This document shows positions 16,437 through 26,765 of a stretch of 64,000 bases of DNA, piece by piece. The notes under the pieces are model-generated. The model was not told the origin of the DNA. It was given only the letters and a program-made list of their open reading frames with translations, and made no database searches. Made by a program: the position numbers and the translations under genes. The DNA is from a virus: positions 3,962-67,961 of the IMG/VR virus record IMGVR_UViG_3300013131_000042; one strand, written 5' to 3'. How positions within the stretch are numbered: position 1 is the first letter of the stretch; each line of letters begins with the position of its first letter.

Positions 16437-17870
16437 ATGCCTCTTGATACCCCGTTGCTCGCCGAACTGCGTCGCCGCATCAAAGATGTCCGCTACTCGC
16501 AGCGGGCGATGGGGGTGGCTGTCTCTGATTCGTACGTGACGAACGCGTACGCTGAAATTACTAACGGTCGGTTTATGGTCAATGTGGTCGGCGGCACGGC
16601 CCCGAACATTGATATCGACCTCGCTAGTTCCCGCTACGACACGGTCGGCAAGCTGTATCAGGCCATCTCGCGCCTGCCCGGCTACACCGTCTCTCTCGAC
16701 GAAGACGCGGAGCAGGACCACCTCTCGACGGACCTGGAGCCCTTCGGCCCCATCGATATCCAGGAGGTTGGTATCAACCTGCGGCATCGGCTGTTTTCGG
16801 ACATCGAGCTGACGGAAATTCTGCAGCAGGCGGTGAGCCGTCACAACCCGACGTTCACGGTTAGCACTCTTCCCCCGCAAGAGAACGTGTTCGTCCTCAT
16901 GCTGGCCCACTCGCAGGTCATCACGGCGCAGGCGTACGACGCCTCAAAGCGCCGGGGAATGGACGCTACGGTGGAGACGCTGCTTGCCATGGCGCAGCAG
17001 ATGGAGACCACGTACGTTGCGGACACGTCGCGTCTCCAGAAGGCGCTTCACTCGCCGAAGGGGCCGAATCCGAACACGCTGGCAGAGGGCGACGTTGTTC
17101 TCGGCAAGTTGTACCGCCGCAGTATGCGCACGGGCTTCATGAGCCCGATCTCGCAGAACCTGCCGCCTAGCGAAGCTATTATCATCGATTTTGACGAGCG
17201 CGATATCGAGGACACGAACGCGCGTATTCGTTGGGAGCGCAACCGCGACATGTCTTTCTTCAGCTACGAGCTGTGGATGGACAGTCAGCCGGAGGTGCAG
17301 CGTTCTCGTGAGGGCCTTGTCTACACCACGACGCCCTTTGCGCAGTTGCCTACCGAGTTCGATGCGGTGGATCGGCGCTCCAGCTCGACGCTCGTCTTCC
17401 GCAGCTTCGGCCCCAACTCCAACTTCAATCGCTCTACCTTCTCCACGTTCGTCGAGGAGTTCGGGCAGTTGATGACGAGCTTCGTGGTGCCTCGGCTGGA
17501 GCCCGAGTCGGTCTACTACTTCCGTCTGTTTATCGTCGACTTGAATTATGAGTCTGTCGGCTCGAACGTGCTGCAGGTGCGTACCAAGACGCTGCGCTGC
17601 CGGTTCACGGAGTATAACTGGACGGATAAAACCTCTGGTCCTCCGGGTACGGTGGTCACGCTCAACTTCGACCCGGCGCGTGGGCAGTTCACCACGGCTC
17701 ATGAGCTACGCATCGGCGACAAGCAGGTAGTGCCGACGATTATTACGCCGTTCCAGGTGTCCTTCGTTGTACCGTCGTTTGTCAATCGACAGGTGCCGAA
17801 GGACCTTGTGGTCACCTCCCCGACCAAGCTGGTGGACGTGCGACGCGAGGCGTTCACGGTGACTGCGTGA
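16437..17870 (+). CDS. Putative neck/head-tail adaptor with FN3-like and IPT/TIG-like domains
   Basis: LRRRI.D and FSDIEL..IL helical adaptor-like segments; W...Y...L.PESVYYFRL (FN3) and SGPPGTVVTL (IPT) patterns. Confidence 0.6.
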   Translation: MPLDTPLLAELRRRIKDVRYSQRAMGVAVSDSYVTNAYAEITNGRFMVNVVGGTAPNIDIDLASSRYDTVGKLYQAISRLPGYTVSLDEDAEQDHLSTDLEPFGPIDIQEVGINLRHRLFSDIELTEILQQAVSRHNPTFTVSTLPPQENVFVLMLAHSQVITAQAYDASKRRGMDATVETLLAMAQQMETTYVADTSRLQKALHSPKGPNPNTLAEGDVVLGKLYRRSMRTGFMSPISQNLPPSEAIIIDFDERDIEDTNARIRWERNRDMSFFSYELWMDSQPEVQRSREGLVYTTTPFAQLPTEFDAVDRRSSSTLVFRSFGPNSNFNRSTFSTFVEEFGQLMTSFVVPRLEPESVYYFRLFIVDLNYESVGSNVLQVRTKTLRCRFTEYNWTDKTSGPPGTVVTLNFDPARGQFTTAHELRIGDKQVVPTIITPFQVSFVVPSFVNRQVPKDLVVTSPTKLVDVRREAFTVTA

Positions 17871-18562
17871 TTCGCTTCAAGCCCAACCTGCAAGAGTTGG
17901 GTGTCTTGAAGGGTCGCCTTCAAGGTCTGCCAGCCGCTGTTCAGCCCATCGCCATGGTGGGCGCGGCGCGTTCTGCGAATCAGTTGGCCCGCATGGTACG
18001 AGAGGCCATCCTGACTCAGTCGGTGCGCATGAAGGCGCTGACGCCGGACTGGAAGGCAGAGAAGAAGCGGCGTGGGCTAGACCCTCGCAAGCTCGTGGCC
18101 ACGCAGGAGTACGTGAACTCCATCCAGGTCTTTCCGGTCCGCGGAGGCTACGCGGTGGGCACAGACTGGGAGTTCGTCTTGGTGCACGAGTACGGCGCAC
18201 CTGCCGCAAATATCCCTGCCCGCCCGCACTGGCGTCCCACGGTTAACAAGTGGCAGAAGACCAGTGGCAAGACTATTAAGATGGAGTTCTACAACGGCAT
18301 TGCCGACTACTTTGCCAAAGGTAAAGCGGCCACCAATAAGCTGGAGCAGGAGGCCAAGCGTCGCTCTTCGGCACAGAAGAAGACGGGCACAGCCAAGCTG
18401 AAGAGCGCCATTTACAAGGTGCTTGGCATCTCGCCTAAGAAGCGTCGCTCTGCAAGCACGGGCGGCGCCGGACGCACTGCAAAGCCAGCGTCGTTTAATA
18501 AAGCCATCGAGGACCTGATTAGGAGCGCGATGGGCAAGCGCGGAGGAACGAGGACCAAATGA
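17867..18562 (+). CDS. Neck/virion morphogenesis protein (HK97 gp10/Mu gpG-like)
   Basis: L..T..Y.NSI...VHEYG....IPARPHWRP motif. Confidence 0.75.
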   Translation: MIRFKPNLQELGVLKGRLQGLPAAVQPIAMVGAARSANQLARMVREAILTQSVRMKALTPDWKAEKKRRGLDPRKLVATQEYVNSIQVFPVRGGYAVGTDWEFVLVHEYGAPAANIPARPHWRPTVNKWQKTSGKTIKMEFYNGIADYFAKGKAATNKLEQEAKRRSSAQKKTGTAKLKSAIYKVLGISPKKRRSASTGGAGRTAKPASFNKAIEDLIRSAMGKRGGTRTK

Positions 18563-19449
18563 TGTTCCTTGAGATTGATTACGCAGTGTATAAACTGCTT
18601 ACTGGCTACCCGCTCGATAAGCAGGGACGACCAGAGGTGGACGCGCAGGGAATTCCTCTGAACCGCGCAGCCTTTGGCGTGGGTTCCTCGGGGCGTAAGC
18701 CGTCGTACGGTATCCGTATCCCACAGACGGTGGCGGGCTTCGATCCGAAGCGTGGCCTTACGAGCCAAGACCCGGAAGCGCTGCGCATGTTCACGAAGGG
18801 CTTCAGTCCGAACACGTTCAAGCAGGTGCCAGTTTACGACGAGAATTTGGAGGGTCGTAAGTTTGCAGACATCTGGCCGTCCGTGACGTTTCGCCAGGAG
18901 TTCTTCGAGTTCAACTCCAGTACGTATGTTACGGAGACGCTGACCTGTCCGGAGCCAGGATCTCCGCAGCAGACGATTCTGAACGCGCGCGGACAGGTGG
19001 TGGCGACCGGCTACGAGTCTTATACGCAAAGACCCCACCCTGAAGCATTTGATGTGTCGTACACCATCACGATTCATGCAAAAAATCGCATTGAGCGTGA
19101 TCTCATCAGCCAGCAGATCCTGAATTTGATTCCGGCGAGAACCGCGCTGGAGGTGGAGTACCAGGACGGCACTACGCACATCTGTGATATGTTGCTGACG
19201 GACACTGCTACGCTGGATTTTAACGCAGCTGACCTGGGAATGAATCTCACGGGAGAAGAGCAGCGTCTGTATACAAGAGCTTTTACATACCTCGTTGAGG
19301 GGTATTTCGACAACACCACCAACCAGTTCGGTATGACTGACGTTACGCGCTACCGCGCTATCACTGAGAGATTGTTCGAGCTGGCCAACATGCAGAACGT
19401 TCTGGTCGAACCGCAGTACAATCCTGACGACTCGTTCGTCGTAATCTAA
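18559..19449 (+). CDS. Putative tail terminator/completion protein
   Basis: Position directly before sheath; WPSV...YTITIHAK pattern. Confidence 0.55.
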   Translation: MMFLEIDYAVYKLLTGYPLDKQGRPEVDAQGIPLNRAAFGVGSSGRKPSYGIRIPQTVAGFDPKRGLTSQDPEALRMFTKGFSPNTFKQVPVYDENLEGRKFADIWPSVTFRQEFFEFNSSTYVTETLTCPEPGSPQQTILNARGQVVATGYESYTQRPHPEAFDVSYTITIHAKNRIERDLISQQILNLIPARTALEVEYQDGTTHICDMLLTDTATLDFNAADLGMNLTGEEQRLYTRAFTYLVEGYFDNTTNQFGMTDVTRYRAITERLFELANMQNVLVEPQYNPDDSFVVI

Positions 19450-19460
19450 GAGGTTTTAAC

Positions 19461-21884
19461 ATGGCGTCGTTTCTCAGCCCCGGAATCAAGGTCACCGAGA
19501 TCGCAAAGGGTCCGGTAGCTTTTTCGAATATCCCGACCGCTATCGGTGGTTTCCTTGCCGAGGCCCAGAAGGGTCCTGCCAACACGGCGAAGCTCGTCAC
19601 GAGCCTCACGGAGGCGCAGGAGATTTTCGGTTCTCGTTACACCACGGGCGTTCTTGAGGATGCCCTTACCGCGTTCTTTAACAACGGCGGTGCTTCTTGC
19701 TATGTCGTGCGTGCGATTTCCAGCACGGCGGCGACGGCTTCGCGCCAGCTGACCACGCCGGGCGCGGCCACGGCGGGTACGCTTTCGTCGAGCGCGGGGT
19801 CCTTCCCGGTCATCCTCGCGAACGGCGACACGTTCATCGGCGAGGTTGATAACGTCGCTGCTGGTACGGTCACCATCGTGGCGCAGCCTGCCCAGGCGAC
19901 GGGCGCTGCTGCGACCTATGCCGCGGGTGGTGCGGGCGACTCCATCGGTATCACCGTGGCGGGCGTCCTCGGCGGCGCGCTCCAGACGGTCAACCTCAGC
20001 TCGGTGGGTGCCACGCAGGCTGACTACCTCGCGGCCCTCAACGCGGGCCTTCTCGGCGTCTCGGCGGTCAACTTCGGCGGCCAGATTCGTCTCGTGAGCG
20101 ACCGTAAGGGTACGGCGGCGCAGATCAACATCGGCTCGCTTGGCGGCGCTGCTGGTGCGAAGACTGGCCTCTCCCTCGGCGTTAGCTCGGGCTCCGGTAA
20201 CGTGGCCGATGTGGCGGCGGTGGCGGCGAGCGAGGTTGCCTCGCTCTTTAACACCACCTTTACCGGCTCGACGACCGTTGCGAACGCGAACAACTCGGTG
20301 ACCTGGACCTCCGGCACGACCGGCCCGACCTCTGAGGTTCAGTTCACGGGCGGTACGGGCGTTGCGAAGATCACGGGCTTCGACAACGCGGCCCACCCTG
20401 GTTCGACGACCGCCCCCACCAACACCGTCCTTGCCACGGCGTCCTCGCCCGGCGCTTGGGGTAACACGGACTGCCAAGTGCAGGCGACGCGTGTGGACAC
20501 CACGGTGACGCAGGTTGGCGCGGTGACCCCCGCCGGTTCGGCCTCGCAGCTGACCCTCGTGTCGGTCGCGCGCCTCGCTGTGGGCGACACCGTCTCGATT
20601 ACCAAGAGCGGTAACACGCAGCGCGCCGTCATCAGCCAGATTGTGCCGTCGCTTAATCGCGTCGTTTTCGTCTCTCCCATCACCATTCCGGTGGGTGGCT
20701 ACACGACGACCGACAACGTGGTGCTGGAGACCTTCACCCTCGCGGTTTACACGCTCTCGCAGGCGCTGGTGGCCTCGTTCACGAATCTTCGCATGTCCGC
20801 GCTCGCGGGCGCGAACTACTTCGTGAACAAGATTAACAACACGTTCAACACGCCTCTCACGGTCACGAACAACAACTCGGTGGCCTCTGACCCGCGCCCG
20901 TCCACGGACGTGGCTCCGGTGGCGATGACGGGCGGTTCGAACGGTGCGGCTCTCGTGTCGGCGGACTGGATCGGAAGCCAAGCGCTCTCGACTGGCATTT
21001 ACGCTTTCGATCAGGCGCAGGATGTCAACTTCATCTCTATCCCGGACATTACCTCGGTTGCGAATCAGTCGACCGTTGGTCCTATCTCGGTGACGGTGCC
21101 GAAGGCGCTGGAAACGTACGTTGCGAACCGTGCCGATCTCATGGCCATCCTCGATGCGCCGGAAGGCTCGTCTGCGTCGCAGGTAAAGACCTACGTCGAG
21201 ACGACCGCCAACTTCGCGTCGGCTTACGAGGCCATCTACTGGCCGTGGGTCAAGGCGCTCAACCCGACCACGGGCTATCTCGACTCCTACAGCCCGAGCG
21301 CGTACATCCAGGGCATTATCGCTCGTACGCACAGCGCTGTGAACATCGGTCAGGCTCCGGCAGGTACGACCTACGGCGTCCTCACGGGTGTGCTCGACAC
21401 GGACACGCGCATCACGCTCGGTAGCGCGACGTACGACTCCATCTACCCGTCCGGCATTAACGCCATCATTCCGCTGCCCGGAAACGGTGTTTGCGCAATG
21501 GGCTCGCGTACGCTCGATCCGACCGGTGAGTTCGGACAAATCTCGGTGCGTATCGTGTTCAACACGCTCAAGCGCCTCCTCAAGGACCAGCTCTTGTTCG
21601 TGCTGTTCCAGAACAACAACGATGACACCCGTTCGGCGGTCACCCGTATCGTCTCGTCGCTGCTCCGTCAGTGGCGTGAGGCGGGTATTCTCGCAGGCAA
21701 CACGGATGCCGAATCGTTCTTCGTCATCTGCGACCGCACCAACAACACGGCGCAGGTGATTGCCTCTGGCAAGCTCGTCGTCCGCGTCGGCATTGCGCCG
21801 CAGCGTCCCGCCGAGTTCCTCGACATCACCCTGGAACAAGACACCCGCGCGACTGAGGCTGCTGCGGCGGCTCAGACCCTCTGA
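19461..21884 (+). CDS. Tail sheath protein
   Basis: N-terminal SPGIKVTE...KGP; C-terminal YWPWV, APAG, GINAI, GSRT, ESFFVICDRTNN, VGIAPQRPAEF. Confidence 0.95.
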   Translation: MASFLSPGIKVTEIAKGPVAFSNIPTAIGGFLAEAQKGPANTAKLVTSLTEAQEIFGSRYTTGVLEDALTAFFNNGGASCYVVRAISSTAATASRQLTTPGAATAGTLSSSAGSFPVILANGDTFIGEVDNVAAGTVTIVAQPAQATGAAATYAAGGAGDSIGITVAGVLGGALQTVNLSSVGATQADYLAALNAGLLGVSAVNFGGQIRLVSDRKGTAAQINIGSLGGAAGAKTGLSLGVSSGSGNVADVAAVAASEVASLFNTTFTGSTTVANANNSVTWTSGTTGPTSEVQFTGGTGVAKITGFDNAAHPGSTTAPTNTVLATASSPGAWGNTDCQVQATRVDTTVTQVGAVTPAGSASQLTLVSVARLAVGDTVSITKSGNTQRAVISQIVPSLNRVVFVSPITIPVGGYTTTDNVVLETFTLAVYTLSQALVASFTNLRMSALAGANYFVNKINNTFNTPLTVTNNNSVASDPRPSTDVAPVAMTGGSNGAALVSADWIGSQALSTGIYAFDQAQDVNFISIPDITSVANQSTVGPISVTVPKALETYVANRADLMAILDAPEGSSASQVKTYVETTANFASAYEAIYWPWVKALNPTTGYLDSYSPSAYIQGIIARTHSAVNIGQAPAGTTYGVLTGVLDTDTRITLGSATYDSIYPSGINAIIPLPGNGVCAMGSRTLDPTGEFGQISVRIVFNTLKRLLKDQLLFVLFQNNNDDTRSAVTRIVSSLLRQWREAGILAGNTDAESFFVICDRTNNTAQVIASGKLVVRVGIAPQRPAEFLDITLEQDTRATEAAAAAQTL

Positions 21885-21899
21885 TAGGAGTAATTAAAA

Positions 21900-22379
21900 A
21901 TGGCACGTGCAGCAGTTGAAGATCCGATTAAGGTATTCCGCTTTCGCCTTGCGATTGACGGTTTCCAGCGCGCCGCGTTCGCGGAAGTGACTGGCATCGA
22001 CCGTACGACGGAAGTCGTGAACTACCGCGAGGGCGGAGATAACACCACGGTTAAGAAGTCGGCGGGTCTCACGACCTTCCCCGATATCACCCTGCGCCGT
22101 GGTCAAATTATCAATGGCACTCCTGGTGGTACGAACGATTTCTACGACTGGGCCAAGCAGGTGTTCGACGTGACCACGAACGGGAACGCCGCGAACTACC
22201 GCAAGGACATCGACATCATTCAGCTTGACCGTGCGGGTGCGCCTGTGCGTAAGTGGCGCGTGCGCGAAGCCTTTGTCGTCGGTTTCAAGCCGTTCTCTGA
22301 CCTTAACGGCCAGACGAACGAGAACTCGATGGAAGAACTTCGCCTCGCACATGAAGGCTGGGAAGGTATCCCGGTCTAA
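21900..22379 (+). CDS. Tail tube protein (T4 gp19/Afp1-like)
   Basis: DP...FRF...F.EVTG...YREGG...GLT.F.DITLRRG...W...E.L.LAHEG. Confidence 0.93.
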   Translation: MARAAVEDPIKVFRFRLAIDGFQRAAFAEVTGIDRTTEVVNYREGGDNTTVKKSAGLTTFPDITLRRGQIINGTPGGTNDFYDWAKQVFDVTTNGNAANYRKDIDIIQLDRAGAPVRKWRVREAFVVGFKPFSDLNGQTNENSMEELRLAHEGWEGIPV

Positions 22380-22403
22380 TACAGCAAATAGAAGGAGCAA
22401 AAG

Positions 22404-23201
22404 ATGGATACAGGCGTTTTCGAACTCCCCAACGCGATTTGCACGGACCACGGTCAGTGGGTACGTGAGATTGAACTGGCGGAGATGACCGGCGAAGAGG
22501 AAGACATCCTGGCGGACCAGACCCGTGTCATTGGCAAGGGGAAACTGGCTCGTCGCGCAGACCAGCGTATGACGGAGATTCTGTCTCGCTGTACGGTGCG
22601 CATGGGGGATTGGACGCGTCCGGACGGTAAAGACCGTTTTAACGCACCTACCTTTTTCGTCAAGGCTTGGGAGAACGCTTATACCAACGACCGCGCCTTC
22701 TCTATCATCAAGCTGCGGCAGGTCTCTCTCGGTGACACCATGCGCATCGAGGAGACCTGCCCGGCTTGTGACAAAGAACTCAAGCGTGTAGTTATCGACC
22801 TCAATGACCTTGAGGCGCATCCAATTCCGTTCGAGACCGCGTGCCAGACCCGCCGCAAAGTTGTGTTGCCAAAAAGTCAGCACGTAATTACTTGGCGCGC
22901 TTTCACTGGCAAAGACGAGTCACTGCTTGAGGAAATTCAAGCAAACCGTAAAGGCGACATGCTTTCCGCGGTACTTCAGGCACGCGTTGTCGAGGTGAAC
23001 AACCTGCCTGTGCCTAACGTGCTGGAGTACGTACAGCGCATGTCCCAGCGCGACCGTCGATTTCTTTCGCAACATATCGACGAAGCCGAAGGCGGGCTGG
23101 ACACTACAGTGCACATTACCTGCGACAGTTGCGGACAGGAATTCACGCGGCAGTTGAACGTAGGTCACAAGAGTTTTTTCTTCCCCTCGGAAGTCGAATA
23201 A
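22404..23201 (+). CDS. Tail assembly chaperone/baseplate hub assembly protein (T4 gp26-like, two CxxC)
   Basis: MTGEEEDIL, CPAC and CDSC motifs, FFFP C-terminus; lies between tube and tape measure. Confidence 0.75.
   Translation: MDTGVFELPNAICTDHGQWVREIELAEMTGEEEDILADQTRVIGKGKLARRADQRMTEILSRCTVRMGDWTRPDGKDRFNAPTFFVKAWENAYTNDRAFSIIKLRQVSLGDTMRIEETCPACDKELKRVVIDLNDLEAHPIPFETACQTRRKVVLPKSQHVITWRAFTGKDESLLEEIQANRKGDMLSAVLQARVVEVNNLPVPNVLEYVQRMSQRDRRFLSQHIDEAEGGLDTTVHITCDSCGQEFTRQLNVGHKSFFFPSEVE
23174..23180 (+). other. Programmed -1 ribosomal frameshift slippery site T TTT TTC
   Basis: XXXYYYZ heptamer in the correct phase at the end of the chaperone; the -1 frame stays open to 23425. Confidence 0.75.
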
Positions 23202-23425
23202 CGCTGGAGAACGAGGTGGCGACATTTGCAGAGCACTGGCAACTGTCGCCCTTCGACACTCTTCGACTTCCGATTGCGCGACGAAAGAGGCTACTGCGCT
23301 GGAAAGAGCGTCACGCTAATCTTGTTGCCCAGCAAGCTCGAAGCCGCACTGAGGAATCTAGCGGTACGTTCACTGCAGAGGACATTAACTACATCTGGGG
23401 CAGTGATTCTGGCGAGGAGTTTTAG
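23174..23425 (+). CDS. Frameshift extension of tail chaperone (DUF6760-like)
   Basis: LENEVATFAEHWQLS...L.LP...RKR resembles the small chaperone-extension domain found before tape-measure genes; no convincing independent start. Confidence 0.65.
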   Translation, partial: FFLPLGSRITLENEVATFAEHWQLSPFDTLRLPIARRKRLLRWKERHANLVAQQARSRTEESSGTFTAEDINYIWGSDSGEEF

Positions 23426-23427
23426 CT

Positions 23428-25848
23428 ATGGCAACAGGCGGCACGGGTGGGATGAAGTACACCATCCAGATGGATATTCAGGCCAACACCAAGGCGGTGG
23501 GGAGCCTGACGCAGTCTGTTGATACGCTGGCAAAGTCGCTCGCGAACCTTCAGAAACAGGGTGACAACGCAGGGAAGGGCATGGCTGGCGGCCTTGCTAG
23601 TGCCAACGCGCAGGGGTACTTCCTTGCGTCTACGTTGGAGCGCGCAGGGCGTCAGTCTCTCTTTTTCGCGAAGGCATTCGCCTCCGCCACTGTGGGTTCT
23701 TTCACAACCCTGCTTCACGAAGCAGCTAATTTGGAGCAGTTTATCATCCGTCTTCAGTCCACTCAAGGCACGACGAAGAAGGATGCGCTCGATATTTTTA
23801 ACTACACTATTAAGGCAACGACGCATCTCCCCATCACCGAGGCGCAGCTCGTACGCATCGCGACTACATTCAAACAACGCGGCATGGATATCCGTGAGGC
23901 ATTCCACGGGAAGACTTATGAGGACATTATCAAGTCCGGGCACGCGGTAGAGGGTCTCGCACAAAGTATGGGTAACGCAGGCAAAGAGGGGGTGGGCCTT
24001 CTTGACCTATTTAGCGACCTTGCGACAACGCAGGGTCAGCTTGCTACGGAAGACATCGGGAAGTTCGTCCGAGAGTTCTCAGAGTTCATGGCGACAGGCC
24101 AGACGCGCTTCCTCCGTACCCGCCTTGATCCTGCACTGCTGCACGAACTCAACTCGACGAAGGCCAACGCTGGCAAGGCGATGGATGTCATCTACGAGTA
24201 CTTGGCAAAGCGCAATGCTCTTGGTGTGTCACGCCTATCGATGCAGACGTTTAGTGGTGTTACTACTAACTTCAAAGGTCTCCCGCAGCGTATCGCAAAC
24301 GCCGTATTCCAGCCGGGACTTGCGGAAGGTATGGCCCGCAAGTTCTCGTTGGCTTTGGCGAAAGCCTTTGAAACGATTAACGAGTACTTTGACGAGTCTA
24401 CAGAGAAGGGCAAACGCTTCTTGCCCGAGCTTCGCAAAATTTTTGATTTTATTGGAGGAGTCGGCATATCTGTTATTAACGGGCTGACCAAAGCCTTTGA
24501 GCGCATGGCTAACTTCATGATCAACAATCCCGGCCTCGGGAAATTTTTGACCATGGTGGGTAGCATTTTGGCGGGTCTTCTTGCGCTGCGCGGTGTGATG
24601 TTCCTGTTTAGGGCATCGCTAATTACGATTGCTTTGGCTGGCAAACTCGTAGCCGGAGTTACCGCTGCGCTAAATATCAGTACAGGATTGCTGGCGCTCA
24701 AGTACGCCGGACTCATCGCAATCGGCGGCATCTTTTTTGCGATGTTCCGCAAGGTTGGCATGGTCATCAGCGCCGTACACGAAGCCATGACCAGCTTTAA
24801 TCCAAACACAGGTATTTGGACGATCGCGCGAAAGACCTATGATGAGCTGCAAAAAGGCGGTCTTATGGGTCTATTTGAGAAGTTGCTAGAGGTAGGACTC
24901 AAGCTCAAGCTAATGTTTGAAGACAAGCTGAGCATGGAGAAAGCCTTTCCCACGCTTGCAGCAGTGCGCAACTTTCTCCGTGATCTCGGGGACGCATTCG
25001 TGCACGTCGTTGATGTAATGCTTGGTGTACGACCTGCGGCTAACGTGTCTAAGGGCGGCATGGCCGCGGTGGGAACAAGTGCCGGAAACCTATCTGTCGC
25101 GATTCAGCGTGTTTCTGAGGTAGGCAGCGAGCTAGCTAAGACCATGTCTAAAGAGATTCCAACAGGAGTGGCGGACGCCATTGACTGGTTTGCCACGCTG
25201 ATTGAGTTCTCAGACAAGGTAATTAGATACGCCCTTAACCCGCTGCTCTTTGCATTGTCGGGTGTGGCCTCTGCCGTAGCTCTAGTAGCTGCGTCGATTG
25301 CGGTCATGCTAGGACGCGGGGAACTTGCCGACAAGATGACTGAGTTCGCAGTTGACGCAGCAAAGAGCGCTGGCAAGGCGTTTACGTGGTATAACCCTGA
25401 GCGCGACGAGGACACGGGGGAGCTGAACGTTGTAAAGTCTCTGCGAGGGCGTGCTACGGCTCTCCGTGCGGGGCTTCCCACCGCCACAGGCCCTGAGCGC
25501 GGTATCTTTCCCGAGGTCGCGAGTGCAACGCTGGCGACTACGTATGTTGACCCCGCTACTGGGCAGTCTGTGCGCGTACCGTACGCAGGTATCAGCGAAC
25601 GAGCGGGTGTGTCCTACGACAGGTCACAGTTTCCAGCGACTTTCGCGGGCGGTTTTGACCCCCTCTCAACTTTCCCAGCGCTGCAGCAGGCTGCATCGTC
25701 CCAAAAAGTCACTGTCAACAGTAATGTCTTTTTGGACGGGCGTCAGATTGCTGCTGTGACCAACAATCAGGCGATTGTTGAGCGTGACAGAAGAGGCGAC
25801 ACGCTCGCGGGGAACATGACCCCCATGTCCTCGCTGGTAACCCCGTGA
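23428..25848 (+). CDS. Tape measure protein
   Basis: 806 aa helical Ala/Leu-rich protein with a central hydrophobic region and C-terminal V.LDGRQIA; canonical position. Confidence 0.88.
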   Translation: MATGGTGGMKYTIQMDIQANTKAVGSLTQSVDTLAKSLANLQKQGDNAGKGMAGGLASANAQGYFLASTLERAGRQSLFFAKAFASATVGSFTTLLHEAANLEQFIIRLQSTQGTTKKDALDIFNYTIKATTHLPITEAQLVRIATTFKQRGMDIREAFHGKTYEDIIKSGHAVEGLAQSMGNAGKEGVGLLDLFSDLATTQGQLATEDIGKFVREFSEFMATGQTRFLRTRLDPALLHELNSTKANAGKAMDVIYEYLAKRNALGVSRLSMQTFSGVTTNFKGLPQRIANAVFQPGLAEGMARKFSLALAKAFETINEYFDESTEKGKRFLPELRKIFDFIGGVGISVINGLTKAFERMANFMINNPGLGKFLTMVGSILAGLLALRGVMFLFRASLITIALAGKLVAGVTAALNISTGLLALKYAGLIAIGGIFFAMFRKVGMVISAVHEAMTSFNPNTGIWTIARKTYDELQKGGLMGLFEKLLEVGLKLKLMFEDKLSMEKAFPTLAAVRNFLRDLGDAFVHVVDVMLGVRPAANVSKGGMAAVGTSAGNLSVAIQRVSEVGSELAKTMSKEIPTGVADAIDWFATLIEFSDKVIRYALNPLLFALSGVASAVALVAASIAVMLGRGELADKMTEFAVDAAKSAGKAFTWYNPERDEDTGELNVVKSLRGRATALRAGLPTATGPERGIFPEVASATLATTYVDPATGQSVRVPYAGISERAGVSYDRSQFPATFAGGFDPLSTFPALQQAASSQKVTVNSNVFLDGRQIAAVTNNQAIVERDRRGDTLAGNMTPMSSLVTP

Positions 25849-25881
25849 TGTGCGCTAACAGCTCTAGCTAGGTGACGTACA

Positions 25882-26439
25882 ATGGCTTTTTCGAATACAC
25901 GTGCTCCGACTCGCGGCTTCTTGATGGTACCCGAGCGTAATAACCTCATGGTGCTGTTTCAGTTTAACCCGGCAGAGTACACTGAGACACACGAGGCCAT
26001 TTACCCCAAACACGCTGTCCCAGGCGCCTCGCACCCTGTGTACCAGTACGGTGCCGGAGGCGAGCGTCTCATCTCGTTCACGCTGTACTTCGACGCAGAC
26101 CTTGGTTTTCGACGACAGGACGCCAATAGCCAAGACTATGTCATCGACAAGAATGTGCTGTCGCTGAAACCACTGCTAAATAAAATTCGCTCGCTCACTT
26201 ACCCTATTGTTAAAAACGTATCTGGAATTCGCCAAATTTACGCGCCTACTGCGTATTTGGAGGTTGGTAACTTGCTCGGCATTGAGCGAATTCAATGCAT
26301 CGTTAAAAAAGCAGATCCTCGGGTGACTTTTTATAGCGCTGGTTTGGAACCTTTGAAGGCGCAGGTCACGATGGAGTTGGCGCAGGTTGTGGATAAGCGC
26401 GTGACGGCACAGCAGATCCAGTTTGGCCGTTACACCTGA
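25882..26439 (+). CDS. Tube initiator/CIS tube-like baseplate protein
   Basis: FQFNPAEY...VPG...P.YQYGAG.ER.ISFTL.FD...P.KA.V.MEL. Confidence 0.8.
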   Translation: MAFSNTRAPTRGFLMVPERNNLMVLFQFNPAEYTETHEAIYPKHAVPGASHPVYQYGAGGERLISFTLYFDADLGFRRQDANSQDYVIDKNVLSLKPLLNKIRSLTYPIVKNVSGIRQIYAPTAYLEVGNLLGIERIQCIVKKADPRVTFYSAGLEPLKAQVTMELAQVVDKRVTAQQIQFGRYT

Positions 26440-26450
26440 TGAGGTAAGTC

Positions 26451-26765
26451 ATGGCTCTTACAAAAGACAGCCGTCTCACGCTAACGGCCGTAATCCAACC
26501 AGTAGACCAGTTCACTCTGCAACCCACTGCCCCGAAGTTTTTGGATCTTCGCCAGCGTGTGGGGCAAGATCGGACAGACTCATTCGCAACAGTCGGGGTG
26601 ACTAATTGGCCGCTGCTGGGTAGTGAGTTGTACGGCGTAGGTCTGCGGTGGTGGGCTGCGGCAGATACGTCTGGTGTAGTTGATCCCTTTGTAGAACTAC
26701 CAAGTGGGACCACCGTGCGTGCGCCTACGATCGAGCGGCTCCTCTTTGATGTACTGAGGTTCTGA
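26451..26765 (+). CDS. Baseplate protein (gp53/tail X, LysM-like)
   Basis: LYG...WWAAAD...DPF.ELP.GT.VRAP. Confidence 0.7.
   Translation: MALTKDSRLTLTAVIQPVDQFTLQPTAPKFLDLRQRVGQDRTDSFATVGVTNWPLLGSELYGVGLRWWAAADTSGVVDPFVELPSGTTVRAPTIERLLFDVLRF

Noticed and set aside
19446-21839. Long minus-strand ORFs (797 aa here; also 14178..15572, 34572..35732, 37143..38327)
   Set aside because: Antisense shadows of strongly codon-biased high-GC genes; Arg/His-rich with no motifs.
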